Part shown: positions 26,100 to 37,930 of the stretch, piece after piece
How the letters are laid out: every line of letters starts with the position of its first letter
Numbering within the stretch: position 1 is the stretch's first letter
From: Mobula hypostoma
Lineage: Eukaryota
Direction of reading: 5' to 3'
DNA length: 64,000 nt
Assembly: GCF_963921235.1 (NCBI RefSeq)
Contig: NC_086097.1
Span: 30,940,001-31,004,000 of the forward strand
The notes under the pieces: model-generated
The model's input: the letters and a program-made list of their open reading frames with translations, nothing else
The model's database searches: none
What the model was told of the DNA's origin: nothing
Program-made: the position numbers and the translations under genes

Positions 26100-27232
26100 A
26101 TACAAAATTCAAAGTAAATTTATTATCAAAGTACATTTTTGTCACCATATACAACCCTGAGATTCATTTCCTTGTGGGCATTCACAGAAAATCCACAGAA
26201 CACAATAGAATCAGAGAAAGACTACACCGAACTGGACGGACAGACAACCAATGTGCACAAACAATAAACTCTACAAATACAACAAGAAATAATAATAATA
26301 ATTAATAAATAAGCAATAAATATCAAGAACATGAGATGGAGTCTTTGAAAGTATGTCCATAGGTTGTGGAAACAGTTCAGTGAAGTTATCCCCACCAGTT
26401 CAAGAGCCCGATGGTTGGGGGGTAACAACTATTCCTGACCTGATGGTTGTGGTCCGGGGGCTCCTGTACCGCCTTCCTGATGGCATCAGCGAGAAGGGAG
26501 CACGGCCCGGATGGTGGGGGTCATTGATGTTGGATGCTGCTTTCCTGCGACAGCGCTCCGTGTAAACGTGCTCAATGGCGGGGAAGGCTTTACCCGTCAT
26601 GGGCCGGGCCGTAAGCATCACCTTTTGCAGGATTTTCCATTCAAGGCATCGGTGTTTCCTGATAAAACCAGTCAATATACTCTCCCCTACACACGGTTCA
26701 GATGTCACGCTGAATCTTCGCAAACTTCCGAGGCGGTGGAGGCGCGCTGTGCTCTCTTCCTGATGATATCTACGTGCTCCACTGCCCTCTGAAAACACGG
26801 AGGAATTTAAAGTACCTGATCCTCTCCACCTCCGATCCTCCAGTGAGGACCGGCTCATGGACCTGCGGTTTCCTTCTCCCGAAGTCAATCATCAGCTCCT
26901 TGGTCTTGTTGACATTGAGTGACAGGTTGTTGTTGTGTCACCACTCAGCCGGATTTTCAATCTCCCTCATATATTCTGATTCATTCACCACCTTTTGATT
27001 CGGCCAACCACAGTGGTGTCGTCAGCAAACTCAAATATGGCTTTGAAGCTGTGCTTAGTATAACGCGAGCTGAGCAGTGGGCTAAGCACACAGCCTTGTG
27101 GTGCACTGGTGCTGATGGAGACTGTGGAGAAGATGTTTTTGCCAGCCGACAATCGGAATCGACTGGAATCTGCAAGTGAAGATACCAAGGATCCAGCTCC
27201 ACAAAGAGGAATTGAGGCCAAAGGTCTTGAAC
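26100..27232 (-). mobile_element. Rex1/Babar-like LINE fragment inserted in a minisatellite
   Basis: SISTSAPQGCVLSPLL, FADDTTVVGRI and DPHHPGRAPFSLMPSGRRYRS motifs. Confidence 0.85.
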
Positions 27233-27517
27233 AGGGCTGTGGGGAGAGAGTGGGAATAGTGTGGGATTGATACAGGGCTGTGGGGAGAGAGTGGGATTAG
27301 TGTGGGATTGATACAGGGCTGTGGGGAGAGAGTGGGACAGTGGGATTGATACAGGGCTGTGGGGAGAGAGTGGGACAGTGGGATTAGTGTGGGATTGATA
27401 CAGCGCTGTGGGAAGAGAGTGGGACAGTGGGATTGATACAGGGCTGTGGGGAGAGAGAGTGGGGCAGTGGGGTTAGTGTGGGATTGATACAGCGCTGTGG
27501 AGAGAAAGCGGGCAGTG
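27233..27517. repeat. About 39-50-bp G-rich minisatellite, right half
   Basis: Unit gggattagtgtgggattgatacagggctgtggggagagagtgggacagt. Confidence 0.9.
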
Positions 27518-27893
27518 AAATTCCTATAGAATGTACTAGATGGGCTCTCTCTTGGGACAGGAATCACCCTATAATCGAGTATGGAGTTGCCATTATTGAC
27601 AAATGATATGAAGAACGCCTGAAGAACAGATTGTGTAAATTGCAGGCGACAGATTTCCACTTAAACAGCGTAGAATGGAGAACAGGTTGTAGTTTGTGAA
27701 CGGGCCATAAGTTAACGATAAAGGACAACAAACTGCCTACAATGTTACTGGGAGTGTCACCCTTGAATAGGAACAGACGGGCGGCAAACTGGAGGCATTC
27801 AGTGGTGTGATCTGCTCCAAGTGTATGTCGGAATGCTTTGTGTGGTGGGTGTGGAACAGGGGGTCCCCAGCTCCTCTGCGTTTACACCGACAG

Positions 27894-27976
27894 ATGGGCG
27901 CTCCGTCGGGGGTGGTCTGGATAGCCGGACGGAGCCAGGGACAATGCACGCTCCTGATTGTCAGCTGGGTCTACCG
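27894..27976 (+). other. Candidate exon of an unidentified plus-strand gene
   Basis: Unique, CpG-containing sequence with acceptor ctcctctgcgtttacaccgacag and strong donor CCG/gtgagt. It is 83 nt and phase-compatible with the candidate exon at 30283. Confidence 0.3.
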
Positions 27977-28099
27977 GTGAGTTATAACCTCGCCGCTCTG
28001 AGAGGTTGCTGCTCTGCTGATAACAGACTCTCGAACGGACCTCTCACGCGCTGAAGATGGACTATTGATCTGGTTCGCCATCGCGGCCTGAGCACCACC

Positions 28100-28385
28100 A
28101 TAGCGGTACGGCAGCGCCGCGTTTAACGCGGTCACCTCACAGCGCCATCGGGGTTCAATTCCCGTCGCTGTCTGTACGCTCTCCCTGTGACTGCTTGGGT
28201 GTCCTCCCGCATTTCAAAGACAGACGGTTAAGGCCAGTGAGTTGTGGTCATGCTATGTTGGTGCCGGAAGTGTGGTAACACTTGCGGGCTGCCCCGGCAC
28301 AATCCTCGCTGACTTGATTTGATGCAAACGAAGCATTTCGCTATATGTTTCAATGTAGGTGTGACAAATAAATCTAATCTTTATA
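28100..28385 (+). mobile_element. tRNA-derived SINE
   Basis: B-box-like ggggttcaattcccg head, the shared SINE body, and an aataaatctaatct tail. Confidence 0.7.
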
Positions 28386-28609
28386 TTCCATGTTCTGTTT
28401 TATTTTTGTACTATCTCAACGTACTTATGTATAGTAAATTATTTTTTATTATTGTCACATGAACCGATGTACAGTGATAAACGTTGTCTTACATACCATC
28501 CATACAGATTAGTTCATCACATCAGTGCATTGAGGTAGAACAAGGAAAACATTCACAGAATGCAGAATAATGTTTGGTAACTTCATCTGATTCATTACCC
28601 ACAGATTGC

Positions 28610-29044
28610 TGTACCTTCCCTTCCCCACCCATATTCCCTCGCCCACAATCTTTCCCTCATTCCTCTTCCTCGCTATTTCTCTTTCCCCTTCTGTCTCTCT
28701 TTCTCTCTCTCGCTCACTCTCTTCCTCCCCCACCTCTCCCACTCTTTCTCTCTCTCTCTTGGTTTCTGTCTCTCCCTTTTCCTCTCCTGCTCCTTCTCTC
28801 TTTTCCTCTCATACTCTTTCTCCTTCCCCCTTTCTCTCTTTTCCCCAGCTCTCCCTCTCTCTCTTTCTCTCTCCCTCATCCCCCTCTGCCTCTATCCTCT
28901 CTGCCTATATCTGTCTCTCTCCCTCCCTCACCTCTCTTTCTCTTTCCCTATCTGCCTCCCTCTCTCACTCTCCATTCCCACCTCTCCCTTTCTCTCTTTC
29001 CTTCTCCCGCCTCCCTCTCTTTCTCTGTCTCTTCTCTCTCTTTC
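28610..29044. repeat. Polypyrimidine (CT) tract, resuming at 30165-30270
   Basis: Almost entirely C and T; split by the solo LTR. Confidence 0.9.
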
Positions 29045-30164
29045 TGTTATAAAGGGGGCAATGATGGTGGACCCAAATGCAAGACACAGACACTGAAGTA
29101 CTAGGAACAGGACTAGGCTTGACAAGAAAGCAAGGGAAGTGGGGAAGAAAGGACACTGGACATTGACGCAGGCCCTGGACGAGACTAGGATGCAGGGCCT
29201 GGGCTAGGACATGGACAAGAAACACAGAACCTGGACGAGGAACTAGGAACAAGGAGCCTGGACTAGGGACATGGGACTCCAGAACTAGAGCCTGGACAAG
29301 GACCCGGAACCTGGGTCTCGGTTAGGACTAGAAACCCAGGTCTTGACTCGGAACCGAATCCGGGTTTAGGCTAGGACAGAACGTGGCTACAGGACAGGAT
29401 GTGAGACTCCTGGACAGGACAAGGGAATTCCAGCACTGAACGAGCGAACTCCAGCACAGGGCTGGGTGAGGCACATGGACAGGGCGAGAACACGAAGTCT
29501 TGACCTGGTCTGGGGAGACAGGAACCTCGGAGCCTTGGACTTGGAACTCAGGAACCTCAGAGCCTTGGTCTTGAGCACGGGAAACTGGAACACAGAGCCG
29601 GGACCCCTCTTTGGGAGCAGGATGTAGGGCTGGGACTTGTACACAGCACACAGAGCCAGGACATCCTCCTTGGGAACAGGACCAAGGGCCGGGGCTCTTT
29701 CTATACAGAGTACACTGAACATGAAGAGACAGTTCTCCACTCAGGGTAGCGGCAAACGGCTGGACCTACCCAGCAGAGGCGAGGACACAAAGAGACAGTT
29801 CCCAACGCAAGGTAGCGGCAAACGGTCAGACCTACCTAGCGAAGGCGAGGACACAAAGAGACAATTCCAAACAACAACAGACTGTTCCTTATCTTGACAC
29901 AGCAGGTCTCCAGTCTTGCTCTGGCAGTTGAAATTGATGGCATTGCAGACAAGGTTTCAGGCAAAGGCTTCAGAAGGAAGGGGAAGAGAAGGGAACAGTC
30001 CAGCCAACAATCCCTGGTTTGCAGAGGTATTTATGTGCCAGACTGAAATGAGAACCAGGTACCTCAATTAAGGCACCCAGCAGAACAAGGGAGAAAACAG
30101 GAACAAGGATTGATGGACTGGACCGTGAAACCGGAATGCGGACTTCACGGACTGGACAATGACA
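29045..30164 (-). mobile_element. Solo LTR (1120 bp), probably Ty3/Gypsy-type
   Basis: TGTTA...TGACA termini with a 5-bp duplication CTTTC at 29040-29044 and 30165-30169. Internal about 67-bp repeats near 29724-29865. TATA-like cataaata on the minus strand near 30030. Orientation inferred. Confidence 0.8.
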
Positions 30165-30282
30165 CTTTCTCTCCCTCTCTCTCTCTCTGCCCCTCCCCCC
30201 TCTCTCTCTCCCTCTCTGCCTCCTTCTCTCTTTCTACTACCTCTCTCACTCTCTCACTAACCCCCCTCACTCTGGAGTGCAG

Positions 30283-30487
30283 GACGGAGAATCATTTTAC
30301 AATGAGCCCTAACAATTGTCTATTGGAGAACATCTCAGCTTCTGTCTTTAACACTAGCCAGTATCTCCCTTTATTAGAAGGGTATGCAGGGTCTGATGCT
30401 TTGGCTTCTAATCATTCTGTTATGGGAGTGCCTGATTGTGTGGGACTGCAGTCTATGGCAGCAGCTCACTTCACAGAGCCTCTGTCA
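30283..30487 (+). CDS. Candidate coding exon of an unidentified plus-strand gene
   Basis: Branch-point-like ctcactaac about 22 nt upstream, acceptor tgcag, donor TCA/gtgagt. Open for 68 codons: TENHFTMSPNNCLLENISASVFNTSQYLPLLEGYAGSDALASNHSVMGVPDCVGLQSMAAAHFTEPLS. No family recognised. Confidence 0.35.
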
Positions 30488-30509
30488 GTGAGTCAGACAG
30501 ACCTACAAT

Positions 30510-31040
30510 AAGACAAAAGATTATAAGACATGGAAGCAGAATTAGCTCATTCTACCATTCCATCATAGTTAATGTATTATTCTTTTCAACCCCATTCTCC
30601 TGACTTCTCCCCAATAATCCTTGTGGCTCTTACTAATCAAGAACTTATTAATCTCCGCTTTAGATATACCCAAACTTGGTCTCCACAGCCATCTGTGGCA
30701 TCGAATTCCACAGATTCACCTCCCTCTAAAGAACCTCCTCCTCACCTCTCTTCTAAATAAATGTTCCTCTTTTCTGAGGCCATGTCCTTTGGTCCTAGAC
30801 TCCCCAACTTAAGGAAACATCTTCTCCATGTCCACTCTATCTAGGTTTCAATGAAATCTCCCCTCATTCTTCTAAACTCCAACGAGTACGGGGCCAGAGT
30901 CATCAAACACACCATATACATTAACCCTTTCATTCCCAGGATCTCCTTCGTGAACCTCCACTGGACCCTGTCTAATGGCAGTACATGCTTTCTGAGATAA
31001 CAGGCCTGCTCATTGCCATATAAAGCCTCAGCATTAAATC
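30510..31040 (-). mobile_element. CR1 3' fragment (older subfamily)
   Basis: Similar to the reverse complement of 11390-11810. Confidence 0.7.
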
Positions 31041-31054
31041 CTTCCTTTTATAGA

Positions 31055-34000
31055 GTTATAGAATTATAGAAAGCACAGCACTGAAACAGGCCTTCGGCCC
31101 ATCTAGTCCATGCTGAACTATTTAAACTGCTGACTCTCATTGACCTGCACCTGGATAATAGCCCTCCATACCCCTGCCATCCATGTACCCGTCCAAACTT
31201 CTCTTAAACATTGAAAATGAGCTTGCATGGACCACTTGTGCTGGCAGCTTGTTTCATGCTCTCACAACCCTCTGAGTGAAGAAGTTTCCCCTCATGTTCC
31301 CCAGAAACTTTTCACCTTTCACCCTTAACCCATGACCTCTAGTTGTTGTCCCACTCAACCTCAGTGGAAAAACTGTTTGAATTTACCCTGTCTACACCTC
31401 TCATAATTTTGTATACCTCTATCAAACCTCCCTTCCATCTTCAACCTTCCAAGGAATAAATTCCTAATCTATTCAATCTTTCACTATAAGATTGGTTAGA
31501 CACGACCTACCATGCACAAAGCCATGCTAATTATCCCTAATCAGTCCATGTCTATCCAAATACTCATATCTCCAGTCTCTTATAATACCTTCCAATAAAT
31601 CTCTCACTACTGGTGTCAGGCTCACCAGCCTATAATTACCTGGTTTATTTTTAGAGCCTTTTTTAAAACAGTGGAACAACATTAGCTATCCTCCAAAGCT
31701 CCAGTGCCTCACCTGTCACTAAGGATTATTTAAATATCTCTGCTAAGGCTCCTGAAATTTTTGCATTTGCCTCCCACTGGGTCCAAGATGCTGGCGATTC
31801 ATCCACCGTAGTTTGCCTCAAGATAACAAACACTTCCTCCTCTGTAATTTGTATAGGGTCTATGACTTAACTTCTTTAGACTCTGTCTCCATCTACCAAG
31901 TAAATACTGATGCAAAAAATCAACTTAAGGTCTCCCCCATCTCATTTGGCTCCATGCATGGATTACCATTCTAATCTTCCAGAGGACCAATTTTGTCCCT
32001 TGCAATCCTTTTGCTCTTATTATTTATCTGTAAAATCCATCAGGGTTCTCCTTCACCTTGTCTACTAGGGCAACTTCATGCCTCCTTCAAACCCACCTGA
32101 TCTCTCTCAAGTGTTCTCTTGCATTTCTTATACTCCACAAGTACCTCATTTGTTCCTACCTGCCTATACCTGCTCTGCACCTCCTTTTTTTTCTTAACCA
32201 GGGCCTCAATATCTCTTGGAAACCAAGGTTCCCTAAAACTGTTATCCTTACCTTTTATTCTGACAGGTACATACAAACTTTATTCTCTCAAAATTGCACT
32301 TTTGAAGGCCTCCCACTTACCAAGTACACCTTTGCCAGACAACAGCCTGTCCCAATCCACACTTGCCAGATCTTTCTAATACCATCAAAAGTAGCCCTTT
32401 TCCAGTTTAGAATCTTAACCCACAGAGCAGACCTATGCTTTCCTCATATTTTCTTTGAAACTAATGGGATTATGATCACAAGATGCAAAGTGTTCCCCTA
32501 CAAAATCTTCTGCCACTTGCCCTGCCTCATTTTCTAATAGGAAATCAAGTATTACACACCCTCTCACTGGGACTTCTATGTACTGATTAAGGGAGATTTT
32601 CTGAACATATCTGACAAACTCTATCCCATTTACTCCTTTTACAGTATGGGATTCCCAGTCAATATGTGGAAAGTTAAAATCACCTATCATAACAACTCAT
32701 GTTTCTTGCAACAGTCTGCAATCTCTCTACAAATTTGTTCCTCCAAATCCTGTAGACTGTTGGGTAGTCTATAATATAACCCCATTAACATAGTCATACC
32801 TTTCTTAGTTCTCAGTCCCACCCATACTAGACGAGTTCCTCAGTCTGTTCTGATTGGGCACTGCCATGACATTTTTCATGACTAGAAACTCCACCCCTCC
32901 CACTTTAATCCCTCCTGCTCTGCCGTGTTTAAAGTAGTGGAACCCTGGAATATTGAGCAGCCAGTCCTGCCCCTCCCTATGATATCATAATTCCAGGTAT
33001 TGATCCATGCCCTGAGCTCACCTGCCTTTCCTACAACACTTCTTGCATTGAAATATAAGCAGCTCAGCACATTAGTCGCACCATGCTCAATCTTTTAATT
33101 CCTGACTTTGTCTGAGGTCTTAACAACACCTGTCTCCACAACTTCTCCACTAACTGTTCTGGTACTCAGGTTCCCATCTCCCCGTTTCTCTAGTTTAACT
33201 CCCCTCTCCACGCAACACTAACAAACCTTCCCGCTAAGATATTAGTGTCCCTCTAGTTCAAGTGTAAGCTGTCCCTCCTGTACAGGTCCCACCTTCCCAG
33301 GAAGAGAGCACAATGATCCAAAAATCTGACACTCTCCCTCTGACACCAACACCTTAACCATGTGTTAAACTGTATGATCTTCTTGTTTCTGGCCAGACTA
33401 GCACGCGGCACAGGCAGCAATCCTGAGATGACAACCTTGGAGGTCCTGCCCTTTAACTTCGCACCTAACTCCCTGAACTCCCTATGCACTCTTCCTACCC
33501 GTGTCATCGGTACATACTGTATATGTACCACGACCTCTGGCCATTCTGGGATGTCCTGGACTCTGGTACCCAGGAGGTAACATACCATCCGGGGATCTCG
33601 TTCTCGTCCACAGAACCTCCTTTCTGTTCCCCTAACTAATGAATCCCTTATCACCACAGCTCGTCTCTTCCCCCTCCTCCACTTCCCTTTTGAGTCACAA
33701 AGCCAGACTCTGTGCCACTGACCTGACTCCTGTGAACTTCCTCCACTAGGTCAACCCCCCCACCCCCCAGCAGTATCCAAAGTGGTCTACCTGTTGTTGA
33801 GGGGGGTGGCCACAGGGGTACTCTGCACTGGCTCCTTAACCCCTTTCCCCTTGCTGACTGTCACTTAGTTTCCTGTGTCCTGCACCTTGGTGTAACTACC
33901 TCTCCCTATGTCCTACCTATCACCCCCTCGGCCTTCTGAATGATCCGGTGTTCATCCAGTTCCAGCTCCAGCTCCTTAATGTGGAGTGTTAGAAGCTGCA

Positions 34001-34090
34001 GGTGGGTGCACTTCTTACAAGTGAAGTCATCAGGGTCTCCCTGCTTTCCCACATCCCTCTTGAAATGACGTTGCATTTGTCTCACTTACC
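31055..34090 (-). mobile_element. Degraded near-full-length CR1 with ORF1 esterase and endonuclease remnants and an internal deletion
   Basis: ORF1 SGNH-like VIRDSLVRG...PEVVVHI...VVISGLLPVPR...DSLHLN (33253-33657). Endonuclease CLYFNARS and IGDFNFPHIDW. The sequence jumps from mid-RT to the 3' end near 31490. Confidence 0.85.
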
Positions 34091-34969
34091 AATAAGGCCT
34101 CTCGCCCTCTGAATCTGTGTCAACCCTCAGCAATGCATTTATACGGCACTATGTGAATCTTTCTGCATTCCCATCAACTACCCCCAGATTTTGCTACTCG
34201 TTCTGAACATTGGTTAGATAAAGCTCGTCCGCTTATAATCTTCTTTTGGCCAGGGAGATGCTCAGACTGACAGGTAGGACAGTGGGACCTGGGCTCACTT
34301 AGTAAACAGCAGATGGCCAATGCCTGACCTTGTCCAGGACAAAGAAATGGCAGGAAATTGCGGGCACTACCCAGCCTGAAAACTGCAAACTGCCTTTTCC
34401 AAAAGCTCCCTTCTGGAAAGCGCTATAGGGCTATTCAAACAAAAACCTCACAGCATCATAAAAGTTTCTTCCCTCAGGCAGTTAATCTTTTCAACCATTT
34501 TAGTTAGCTCCCCACACACTCTCCCTTGATCCATTACTCTGTCACTGCACTGTAAACACTTTAAACCACATTGTATAATGCTGATTACAATTGTAAATAC
34601 ATGCTGGTTTCCATATACATTTTATTCCATATTTGTCTTTTAATTTCAAATTTATTAGCTTCCCATATACAATTCTCTATTCTTTGAACTGACTGTTGAA
34701 TGTTGTTTTTGTTGCATGTCACGCCCTAACCAACACAGCACAGCAAATTCCTAATGCATGTGGTGATCCTTGAACAAGACTTTCACCTTGTGAGGCCAGG
34801 CTGGAAAAGCCAGCATCTGCGGGCTGTTCCGAGGCGCTCAGTGGAAGGCAGAGAGAAATAGAACATCAGTGGACTGGGGGATGGCGTGTGGTTACTGGTG
34901 GGACCTGACCCTCACTGTAAACACCAGGCTTCATGGGGGACGAAGGACAGGGGCTGTCAGCTTTTAACC

Positions 34970-35560
34970 AGAATCAGAATCAGAATCAGCTTTAATATCA
35001 CTGGTGTATGCTGTGATGTTTGTTGTTATGTGGCAGCAGTACATAATAACTACAACATTGTTGTTGTAAATTACAGTAAGAAGTATATATATTTAAAAAG
35101 TTAAATTAAGTAAATAGTGCAAAAAGAGTAAAAAAGTTGTAGGGTAGTGTTCACGGCTTCAACGTCCATTCAGAAATCTGACAGCAGAGAGGAATAAGCT
35201 ATTCCTGAATCGCTGGGTGTGTGCCTTCAGGCTCCTGTACCTCCTCCCTGATCAGGGTATGTCCTGGGTGATGGGAGTCCTTAATGGTGGATGTAGCCTT
35301 TTTGAGGCATCGGTCCTTGAGGATGTCCTGGGTGCTGGGCCAACTGAGTTTACAACTTTCAGCAGCTTACTGTGCACTGACTGCCTCTCCCTCATACTAG
35401 ATGGTGACGTAGCCAGTTAAAATATTCTCCATGGTACGTCTACAGAAATCTATGAGTGTCTTTGGAGACATACCAAACTTCCGCAAACTCCTAATGAAAT
35501 ATAGCCGCTGTTGGGCATTTCTTTGTAACTGCATAGATATGTTGGGCCCAGGATAGATCC
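34970..35560 (-). mobile_element. Rex1/Babar-like LINE 3' fragment
   Basis: AQQRLYFIRSLRKFGMSPKTL.DF.R.T.E.ILTG motif and an (ATTCTG)n tail. Confidence 0.75.
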
Positions 35561-35694
35561 TCGGCCCGTGATTGGCACTTGCCTTTCTTGGTCTGAAACA
35601 CCAGTGAAGAATGTTCCTCCTCACAGAGACAGATGCTGGGGTTTGGAATGTAGAACAGTATTGCTCAGGAACAGGCCCCTCAGCCCCACAATAG

Positions 35695-35990
35695 GCAACA
35701 CAGCAGTGTACCGGTTAACATAACGCTTTACAGTGATCACCAATCAGAGATCGATTCCCAGCGCTGTCTGTAAGAAATTTCTCTGTTCTCCCATCACTGT
35801 GTACATTTCCTCCGGGTGTTCCAGTTTCCTCCCACATTCCAAAGACATGCGGGTTAGGGTCAGTAAACTGTGGACGTGCTATGTTGGCCTCCAGCGCATC
35901 CTCACACTGTGTTGGTCATTGATACAAAATGACATATTTCACTGTATTTTCGACGTACATGTGACTAATTAAGCTAATCTTTATCTTTAA
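35695..35990 (+). mobile_element. tRNA-derived SINE
   Basis: Same head and body as 28100. Further copies lie at about 36220-36520(-), 39770-40000(+), 46760-46940(-), 47300-47445(+), 48745-49040(-) and 49690-49985(-). Confidence 0.7.
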
Positions 35991-37734
35991 TTTTGAATCT
36001 CAATGTTGTGCCGAACTAATTAAATAGTACTTAAACACCTAATTAAACTAATTCACAAATCCATTTCTCTGCATTCTTTGTACACTCGTGCCCATCTAAG
36101 ATTCTCTTGAATGCCTCTGTCACATTTGCCCCCACCACTATCACTGGCAGCTCATTCCAGATGCCAACTACTCTTCTTGCCCTGCACATCTCTCTTGCAT
36201 TTACCCCCTCTCACCATTCAAGATAAAGATTAGCTTTATTTGTCACTTGTACATCGAATCATACAGTGGAATGAGTCGTATCAACAACTAACACAGTCCG
36301 AGGATGTGCTGGAGGCAGCCTGCAAGTGTCACCACGCTTCTGGCACCAACATAGCGTGCCCACAACTCACTGACCCTGACCCGTACATCTTTGGACTGCG
36401 GAAGGAAAGCAGAGCCAGCACAGGAAACCCAACGCAGTCACAGGCAGAATGTGCAAACTCCTTATGGACAGTGGTGGGTATTGAACCCTGATTGCTGGCG
36501 CTGTCTAACTGCTACGCTACCCAGCTCTCCTTAAATGCATGCATTCTTCTATCAGGCACTTCTACACTGGGATAAAGTGCATGCCTGTCTAACCTATTGG
36601 TGGATCTATCATCTTATAAACTTCTATCAGATCTCCGCTGCTCCAGACAACCTTTCCAGAGCCTCCACAGCCATTCTGAATTGAACACTTTGCACAGGAA
36701 AGCTTTGGTTTGTTCCTATGTTTTATCATTGGATGTCGAGTCAAACACCCGTACAAGTCACACAGACCACTTACAAAAGCTTATGAAGCTGCAATTTTAC
36801 AGAGAACAGATCTGAAACTTCCACTAGTGCACTAAGGCATTTCATAAGTTGAGGACACCCAATAACATGCGTTGGCTGAGGCTGGAATGTGGGCCAAGAA
36901 TCTGGAGCAAGTTATTTTTCAAACGCTGCTCTGGGAACAATGACAATCGACGAGATGGATGGGAGCTGAATTAACATCTCAGCTGAAAGATGTCTCTGAC
37001 AATGCAGCACTGAGGAGCCAACCCAGATTACATTCACCCAGGTGGGTCAGGCTGACTTCCGAACGAACAAGTGCAGTTGATCCCAGGAAGCACTCTGCCA
37101 CAACAATCCATAAACAACGCAGATTAGAGGTAGAGAGGGTCATAAAGAGAGCTTTTGTCACATTGGCCTTCATAAATCAAAGTACTGAATACAGGAATTG
37201 GGATGTTTTCTTGAAGTTGGATAAGATTTTGGTGAGACCAATTTGGAGTATTGTGTGCAATACAGAGAAAATTTACAAAGATGTTGCCAAGAGTTGAGGA
37301 CCTGAGTTATAGGGAAAGGCTGACTGGCTTAGGACTTTACTCCCGGGAGCGTAGGAGAATGACGGGAAATTTGATAGAGGTACATAACATTATAGATAGG
37401 TAAATGCAAGCTGGCTTTTTCCACGGAGGCTGCTTAGGACTACAACAAGAGGTCAAAGGTTAAGGGTGAAAGGTGATGCATTTAAGGAGAACCTGAGGGG
37501 AAACTTCTTCATTCAGAGGGTGGTGCAAGTATGGAACAAGCTGCCAGCATAAGTCGTGGATGCGGGTTTGATTACAACATTTAAGAGAAGTTTGGGCAGG
37601 TACATGGACGGGAGAGGTATGGAGGTCTATGGTTCTATGTGCAGGTCAATGAGCTAGGCCACATGGATTTTCTCAAGGTGCCCTAGCTTCTTCCCATATT
37701 CCAAAGATATACTGTACAAGCTATAGGGTAATTG

Positions 37735-37930
37735 GTCACATGGGTGTATTTGGTCATATGGGGTAATGGTCATATGGGCCTAATTGGTCATATGGGGTAA
37801 TACATCATATGGGTGTAATTGGTCATATGGAGTAATTGGTCATATGGGGTAATTGGCCATATGGGGTAGTTCGTCATATGGAGTAATTGGTCATATGGGG
37901 CAATTGGCCATATGGAGTAGTTCGTCATAT
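37735..37930. repeat. About 19-bp tandem repeat inside a SINE
   Basis: Unit aattggtcatatgg(g/a)gt, flanked by SINE body and SINE tail. Confidence 0.85.

Noticed and set aside
28100..28170. tRNA gene
   Set aside because: The B-box-like head runs straight into a SINE body, and no cloverleaf can be formed.
28574..29897. ORFs across the CT tract and the LTR
   Set aside because: Low-complexity or LTR-internal repeats with no gag/pol/env motifs.
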